Source: Eledone cirrhosa (Eukaryota). From it: 64,000 nt of DNA. Both the position numbers and the translations under genes were made by a program. The notes under the pieces are model-generated. The model worked only from the letters and a program-made list of their open reading frames with translations. It did not search any database and was not told the origin of the DNA. The DNA is taken from the NCBI GenBank assembly GCA_964016885.1, contig OZ024742.1, positions 57,660,001-57,724,000 on the forward strand. The letters are read 5' to 3'. Below are positions 53,401 to 62,400 of this stretch, piece by piece (the first letter of the stretch is position 1; every line of letters starts with the position of its first letter).

Positions 53401-56400
53401 TGATGATTGCCTCCAAGAATAGTGATCTCTAGGAGATTGTTCGTCATCATCCTGGCTGTAAAGTGTGTGCCATTGCATAGAAGTAGCGGGTCCACATTTC
53501 TCAAAAGGATGATGGAAGTTCCAATATTTTATATTATATGTAGATATAGATATAGATAATTGTATATAAATGTGTGTGTGTGTGTGTCTGTGCGTGTAAA
53601 CCAGCGACCGAATCATGTGTTTAATTCTCTGTGTATTTGATTAACTATTTACGAGAAGATGTGTGTATGTAACTTACTAAGGTGTAACGTACATAATGAA
53701 CACGCCAACACACACACACTCAGACACATACATACTCATATACAAAATGTGGCGTCGTCGTCGTGTTATAAAATATTCGTTTACTCATAGTTGTCTATAG
53801 ATTATTTTAGATAAAGTGTTATATTGTTTTAATCCAAATGAAAATAAAAATTATATGTTTGCACTCCCGGGAGTTATCGTATATATATATATTGTAGGAA
53901 AGAAAACAAGGCGGCGGTCCCTTCTGGGAAATGGTCGTGCTCGGTGTGTAGGAAAGGCGTAGGTAGAAACTCCATTTTATGTCCTAAATGCAAAGTATGG
54001 GTGCATAAAAGATGTAGTGGGATCACAGGTAAGCTAACTAAGAACATAGATTTTACATGTGGCCGGTGTTCTGGTGCAATAAGTAGCAGCAAGTGCCCAC
54101 CAAATACTAGCTCTTTCAATTGCGCAGAGGGTTCTATAGAAATAGTGGACAGCTTCCGTTACCTGGGCGATAAAATCAGCAGTGGGGGAGGGTGCTCTGA
54201 AAGTACTGTAGCTAGAGTCAGAACTGGTTGGAAAAAGTTCAGAGAGCTTATACCACTATTAGCTGCTAAAGGGTTCTCCCTAAAAATGAAAGGCAGGTTG
54301 TACGATGCCTGCATACGAACAGCAATGCTGCATGGCAGTGAGACCTGGGCATTGTGTGCAGAGGATATACGCAGACTAGAGAGGAACGAAGCTTGCATGC
54401 TCCGCTGGATGTGTAACAGTAATATACGTGAACGGCAAAGCATAAACGAACTAAGGAAAAAATTAGAGATAAGAGGGATCAGATGTTGTTTACTCGAGAG
54501 AAGGCTACGTTGGTATGGACACGTGATGCGCATGAAAGTCGATAGCTGTATAACAAAGTGCAGGGCAATAAAGATAGACGGTAGTCACGGAATAGGCAGA
54601 CCTAGAAAAACCTGGGACGAGCTGATAAACTCCGACATCACACACTTACACCTCTCCAAGACAATGTCACTGGACCAAGACCTTTGGCGGTACTCAGTAA
54701 CAGAGAAGACCCGCCTTACCTAAATATATAGTAAAACCTACTCTAGCCAGTAGGCATCTCTAACAAAATACACCCCGTCCCACCACCACCACTCCCACCC
54801 CATCCACATCACCCCGTTCTATGTAAAGTTATGTTGGTGCCACACCATCCAGGCCGAAACAAATGAGATCGTGTAGGTGTCACGACAAAAAAAACACAGT
54901 CCACGCTGTAATGTGGCCCTGTAGGCAACACGGTAAAAACCTCCCAGACCCACACTGTAAATGTGGTTGGTGTTAGGAAGGGCATCCAACTGTAGAAAAC
55001 CTGCCAGACAGTCCTATGCGAGCAAGACAATCACTCTTGCCTCAAGTGGGACTAACCCCGTCCAAACCCATGCAAGCGTGGAACACGGACGTTAAACGTT
55101 GATGATGATGATGATGATATATATATATATTATATGGAACTATTTATGCTCTATATACATATTGGATCAGACTCATAATATAAGGTGTTCCACCCATGAC
55201 CATCCTATCTGTTTTTCTAGCAGGTGTAGTGAGAAGAGTAAATAAAAGGATATAACTTACCACATGTGAAATAGCATCTGAATGTCTGGCACAAACTGGA
55301 TTCTTCAGCCTCACAGAATTCTCTGACTGAAGGCTTTCAATCAATTTATCCTGGGGAATATACATATCATTGTCAACATCATTTAAAGTTGTTTTTTTCC
55401 CTGCTAACAAGGGTTGGATGGGCCCCCACTGTCCAAGTCAGTACTTAATCTGTGCTACTGAACTCTCAGATAGGTTGGGGGCCCACCTCTAGCTTACATA
55501 CATTCCTGTACTAGGTACATTTTTCATGGCACCAGTACTAGCAAGGACCCCACATCTTCAACAAAACCGAAGAACCCCCCCTGGTTCTTTGTTTGACAGG
55601 ATTTCTACACCTGGATTCTCTTTCAAGAAGAAGAAAAATAAAAAGAAAAAGAAAAAGAAAAAGAAGAAGGGGAGGAGAGGAGGAGGAAATAACTGGTGTA
55701 TTTACTGAAATTACCTTTAATAAACAAACCGAAGGCTGTATATGACTTGTTACGTAAAGTCGACAATTCCTGGTTGGAACATAGACAGGTGTGTATGAGT
55801 TGACAGCCTGAAATTACATAATATATAACTTACATGTGTCACACTTTACAACTGATGTATTTATTCTACAAGGACCATAGGTCTTAAACTGCTCTGATAG
55901 GACCTGAAAAACTATAATAAATAGGAATGGGCTGAGGACAGAGCCTTGATGAACACCCACCCGCACATTTAAATTCCTCATTAAACTCATTGCCTGCTTT
56001 CATTTTATTGACAGTACATCTGCATATGGCTTGCATTGCTCAGCAGTAACAAACAACAATTACTACTACATCAACAACCTCAATAACATCAATGCCTACT
56101 CTATTAGTGTTGACCAACAGCAGAAACAACAACAACACACAACGACAAGAACAACATCAGCAACAACTAGATTATTAACAACAACAACAATGTCACCAAC
56201 ACCATCAACAATAACATCACCACTACCAACAACACCAAGTCTAATATTATTCTCATTTCTACCTTTGTACATAGGTTTGCTGGGTCAGAGCTGATTTAGA
56301 GATATACAAGAAAACAACAAAAAATGGTAAATAAAACAGTTGCCTACTTACTATTACAAGAGCTGTTGGTCTTAGTGAGCTGAATGTATAACATTCTCCA

Positions 56401-59400
56401 ACACACACTAATTGTTGCCAGTGTAAATGAAAGTTCTAGACAGAAATATAACATAAATAATCACCATCATCACCAACATCATCACACTTACCACCACCAT
56501 CATCATCATCACCATTTTATGTCTATTTTCCAAGCTATTTGTCAAGGGTTTAACAAATTGTCTTTCTCATATGTACCATATTTTGGCATAGTTTCTACAG
56601 CTGAATGCCTTTCCTAATATCAACCACTTCATAGCATGTACTGGGTTTGTTTTATCATGGCCCTAGTACTACCACTTTACAGTGGGTTGGATGCAATTTC
56701 CTGTGACACCAGCACTACCACCTTACAGAGTGGACTGGGTGCTAATAATTGAGAAGCAAACTCCTTAACTATTCAGCTATCCATATGCCTGTAGACCAGA
56801 GAATTCAGCTGCATGAAAACACTAACTCTTCACATTTGGTGTAATCTGTGGGCTTCCTTGATTAGTTTTAATTAGTTGTCTCCCTATTGGAAACATCTCA
56901 CTCTATGCCTATTGCATATTTTGAGGTTTTCTATGCTGTTTTGTTTTACAATCACACCAGCTGGGAGGACAGGAGCAATGTGAAATAAAATGTCTTGCTC
57001 AAGCATACAACATACTAGCAAGAATCAAAGTTATGACCTTACCATCGTTAGCCAAACAGCCTAAACACAAAACTGTGTACCTTCACACACACACACTCAC
57101 ACAAACAGACATTTATCAAACTTTTATTCACAAATCCTTAAATCAATCTATGTCTATAGTAGAAGTCATTTATCCAAGGTGCCCTGCAGTGGGATCCTAA
57201 ACTAAAACCATGTAATGGTGAGAGAAAATTCTTAATTATACAGCCATGTCTATATATTAATGTTATATAAATAAATCTTCAGAAAATGATAAAGGAACTG
57301 CTTACCTTCACAACGATGACAATTGAATACTTGTCTTTGACAAGTTCTATGAAAAATATATAGTCATTCTTGATTCTGTTAAATAACAAACATAAATATG
57401 CAATAGATGACAACTGTCATTCATTTCTGAATTTTAAAGTCATTTCTGTAGAATAAACAAACTGGAATGAAATATACTGCTCACACCTAAGCAGGCTTAG
57501 CTATCCTCCTATGATGTTGCATCTCATAGGAGGTTTCTTGAATGTTTTAATAATGGGACCCTAGACCTATCATATTGTTGTTACAGCTCACTGCTATGTA
57601 AGTTTAGTTGTCCTGCTATGAGGTTGCATCTCATAGGTTTCTTGGATGTTTCAATGATAGGGTCCCTTGTCTTATCATATTGTAGTTACAAATCACAAGT
57701 ATGTAGGTTTAGCTGACTTCCTATAAGGTTGTATTTCATAGGAGGTTTCTTATACGTTTTAATGATAGGGACCTCAATCCTATTGTATTGTTATTACAGC
57801 TCATACCTATGTAGATTTAGCTAGCCTCATATGAGGTTATCTTAGAGGAGGTTTCTTCAGTGTTTTAATGATAGGAACACCAGTCCTATCATGAAAAGCT
57901 ATGTGAAATCAAGCATCTTGTTCAAGAAAACAACATGCCACCTGATCAAGGAATCAGACCCAGGACCTTATGATTTTGAGTTAAAAACCCTAACCCACTA
58001 AGCCAAAAATAATTTCTGTAAAATAAATGGTAAAATTCTTGTGAAATAATTTTATTTTCATGCTTGTTTTTCATGGTTTCAATTCCTGGTTATAGCCATA
58101 CAATTTCCCTGACATTGCTGATATGTTCTTGGGTAAAGACAAAAGGATACACTATCTAAAACAACAAAATACTGACTGTGTATTCAGAGCTTAAACAACT
58201 TCAATTATAGATACAATATATCAGGTTCAACCTAGGGTTAAACAACAAGGTCTGTTCTATCAATGGATGACCTAGGGCTAAACAACAACAACAACAATTG
58301 GTTTCCAAAGTTGAATGAACTCTCTACCCACACCCAGAAAAAGGATGAAAGAAATACTGCTTACTTTGCAATCTCTGAAATAGATGACACAACCCCAATC
58401 ACTGAGGTGTTGGTCAAATTAAACTTGCTCCTGTTTAATTAGATGAAATAAACTAATTAATCAAAATCACAAACACAGTTAATTGGTGATGAAACAAACT
58501 ACATTAATTATTTCATTTGTGTGCGTGTGTTGTGTGTGTAACTAGCAAGCTTCAGATTAGACACATGTACACATATATGACCATATAGCATGCATACACA
58601 TACTATATACACATACCATACACACACATACCAGGCACTCATATACCACATACCATACATAAACATAAACTGTTCACTTTGATTGGAATAAAGCAGACTG
58701 GAACTGTTACTGCACCGAGTTGCAACGGCCAAACTGGCTTGAGTTCTACGACTCTGGAGATGTCAACACTGTACTCCAGAACATCCTGAGCTCAATATGG
58801 ACAGCATGTGCAGCATTGGTGCCACGTAAGCGGAAAAAACATCCCAAAAGTGCAATTTGGGAGACTGCAGCAGTCCGTCTTGCCAGAAAAGAACGTTGCA
58901 ATGCTGAACGTGAGTACAAACTTCACAAATCAGATATTAATAGGAAGAGGCGAAATAGATCGTCCAACCACCTCAAATAGGTGACAAAAAAGGCAGTGTT
59001 TCAATTTGAGCAGCGCATAGCAACCAACCCTGACAGTAAGGTGTTCTGGAAGTATGTTCACTCAAAGCAGAGGCCTCACTCTCCAGTTGGTCCTCTTCAC
59101 AATCCCCACACAAGCCAGGTTACTGACGACTCCAAGGAATGCGCAGAGTTCATTGCTGAATGCTATGCAGGTATTTTCACTATTGAAGACCAGAGTGTAC
59201 CATCTCCACCACCTATGACACCGGACTCTATTACAACCATGGAATTTACACCTGCAATACTGCGACATCACCTAAAAAATAAACGCAACCATGCCTCTCC
59301 TGGTCTTGATGGTGTTAAGGATGATCTTTTTAACTGGTTGAAGTCCTTCATTCTCAGTCGAAGAGAGGTAGTCACTGTTCTGGGACAGCATTCCTCACCA

Positions 59401-62400
59401 TATGAGATGTCATCTGGTGTACCACAGGGATCTGTTCTTGGCCCCCTTTTGTTTGTGACATATTAATGACATAGATGCCAACTTAAAGAATTCCACAGTA
59501 CTAAAGTATGCAGATGACATCAAGCTGTACCTTGAGATAAAAAGGACAGATCCTGAACACTATAGATCTTGCTTGCAGTCTGACCTGGACACAATGCAAC
59601 AATGGATCACAGACTGGCAACTCAAGCTAGCTGTGGACAAGTGCACCACCATGCATTTTGAGAGTAAAAAGCCAGCGTCCACATACTCCCTCCACAGCAC
59701 TAATATCAAGAAGTCTTCTTGTGAACGTGACCTGGGCATTACGGTCAGCAACGATTTGCGTTGGACGAAGCACGTCTCTAAAATTGTCAAGAGGGCCGAG
59801 GGTGTCTTAGCATCACTCAGCAAGACCTTTGTCAGCCGCTCTCCAGCTATCTATTTAAGGCTGTACATGGCTATAGTGCTATAGTGCGGCCACACTTAGA
59901 ATCTGCAGCACCAGTCTGGAACCCCTATCTTGCTCAGAACATTGACCGCCTGGAAACTGTTCAGAAACATGCAACCAAGCGAATACCCTCCATCAGGCAT
60001 CTACCATACTCTGAGCGCCTTGCTTCCCTGGACATGGATACATTGAAGCTCCGACACCTGGCAACTGACTTGGTAAACACCCACAAAATTGTTAACCATC
60101 TTGCCAACAACAACCCTGAGTACCTTTTTGATTTCCATGTGTCTAACACACGTGGACATACCAACAAAGTCAGGAAACAGCACAGCTCCCATGACTTTCG
60201 GAAACATTTTTTCACGCTCAGAGTTGCTGGAGCATGGAACAAACTAACTGCATCAGTTGTTAGCTGTCGAGACACTGCATCCTTTAAAATCTCCATGCTT
60301 CCTGAGATTCACCAACACTACATCTAATGTTCCCTCTCCATACACATACACACATGTATATCATGACTCATACACTATTCACTTCCCTGACATTTGTGTA
60401 TTATTCTATGTACTATACATGCACCTTTGACGAGTTGTAGTGCACCTGAGCACTTTACACAATAATTTCATGATTACACATATATAGAGGGAATGTAGAA
60501 CTGATTTTAGATGTGAAAGGGCAATTAAAAAGCTTATACACACACACACACATATATATACACACACATAAGAGTCAACGGCCATCCAAAAATGTGTAAA
60601 TATGTATATACTATATGGATGTGGGTGTGTGTAGGATTGATTGCATGTTGGTCTGTGTATATATTTGATAAAAGAAAAAACATTTTAAATTTAATTTTAA
60701 TTTTTAAATTAAAAAAATTTTTTTCATTATTTTTATTTTTTATTTTTGGGTGTGCATGCATATATGTATATGCCACGAAGGTTAAAGTATAAAGTTAAGA
60801 TCTGGTGGATAGCCTCTCTTAATGAGGGTGGGTGGAGTTTCTTTGAGAACCCACCTAGTGATGGTGTCACGATGAAAACACTGGTTTTTGCGTTACTTTA
60901 CAAACACTCTCTTCCAACATGCCTTGAGCCAGCATGGAAGAGTAAGCTCATAAAATTAACATGAAAAAGTCACCTCAAAGATTGAACAGGAGGGCACACC
61001 AGCAGCCCCAGACTGATGTGACAGCTATAACTAGGGGATCCCGCCAGCAACCTCGAACTGGTTTGATTTATACGAATAGAAGAAACACCCAGACAAAAGA
61101 AAAGACCTTTAATATCTGCACATACTACACATGTACCATCACTGACTGTAATACCAACTCTCTTGAGACAATGATGTATGAACTTGAGAAAGTAAACTGG
61201 GATAATATCAGACTATCAGAGACTAAACTAAACAAAACCAAAATAAAGATACATCAAGATACCGGACACCATATTTATCTGTCAAGCAATGACTTGTCGC
61301 ATGAATGGAGTGGGTGAACAAAAAGTGCACATCATTAGTACACAACTATCAATCTATATCATACAGACTAGCTGTTCTGAGCTTGAAAAGTAAGTTTTGT
61401 AAACTCGTACTTATTCAGTGCTACTTTCCCACATCTACACATCCAGATGAAGAAATCAATGAGTTATATGTCAACATACAGTCCATTATAGATAAGACAC
61501 CAAAGAGATGGGTGACTTTAACTGCAAAATTAGGCAACTGAATCAATCATTCCCATCAAGTATTGGGAAATATACCACAGGTACATTTAACTCGAGAGGC
61601 GAGCTTCTAGCCAAATTTTGTACGAGGAACAATCTGCAGATCACCAATACAATGTTTCAAAAGAAAAACCTGTTCACTTGGATATCACCAGACAGTATAA
61701 CTAAGAATCAAATAGACTTTATAATAGCAACAAAATCTTCAGCAAGACTAAGCATATAAGACAGCACTGCTCTTAACACTCCTGATATATCTGACCATCA
61801 CATAGTGCGCATGAGATTTTGCATCAACTTTGTCTAACACAAAGAACTAAAATACCATCGAAAGTTAACTTAGACAAACTCTCGTGTAACGAAACAGCAA
61901 GCCAATTTAAATTCGAGTTGCAAAACTGCTTTTCAGCTTTGCAATCTCATGAAGACTCTGACAAGATTTATGATACTATCTGCAGAGGCATAAAAGAGGT
62001 ATCTAAAAAGATTTTACATAAGGAAAGCCTTTCCATCCAACAATGGATGTCACAACAAACAAAGAAAGCAATATCTGAAAAACATAGAATCAGAAGAGAA
62101 TGTGGCCACACATCAGCCCAATATAGAATAGCAAAGGCTGAATAAAATAAACTTGTTAAATCAGACAAACTTAAACAAATGTACAACATCAAGGAGCTGA
62201 ATAACCTACCACCCAACAGGTTATATCATGCTGTTCTGAAGAAACTAAAGACTAAACCAAGAAATCTTAGCTGGGGCATTAAAAATTCAAATGATATTAT
62301 CCTTACTTCCAAAGATGATATCCTTGAATGCTGGGCTAAATTCTATGAAGAACTGTACTTCTGCAACTCAGAACAAACAACCATCTATCTTGGCTAGTGA

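Noticed and set aside
52401-53504. 367-aa minus-strand ORF that looks like a helicase fusion
   Set aside because: Chance read-through from a Helitron helicase remnant into the antisense strand of an adjacent RTE fragment.
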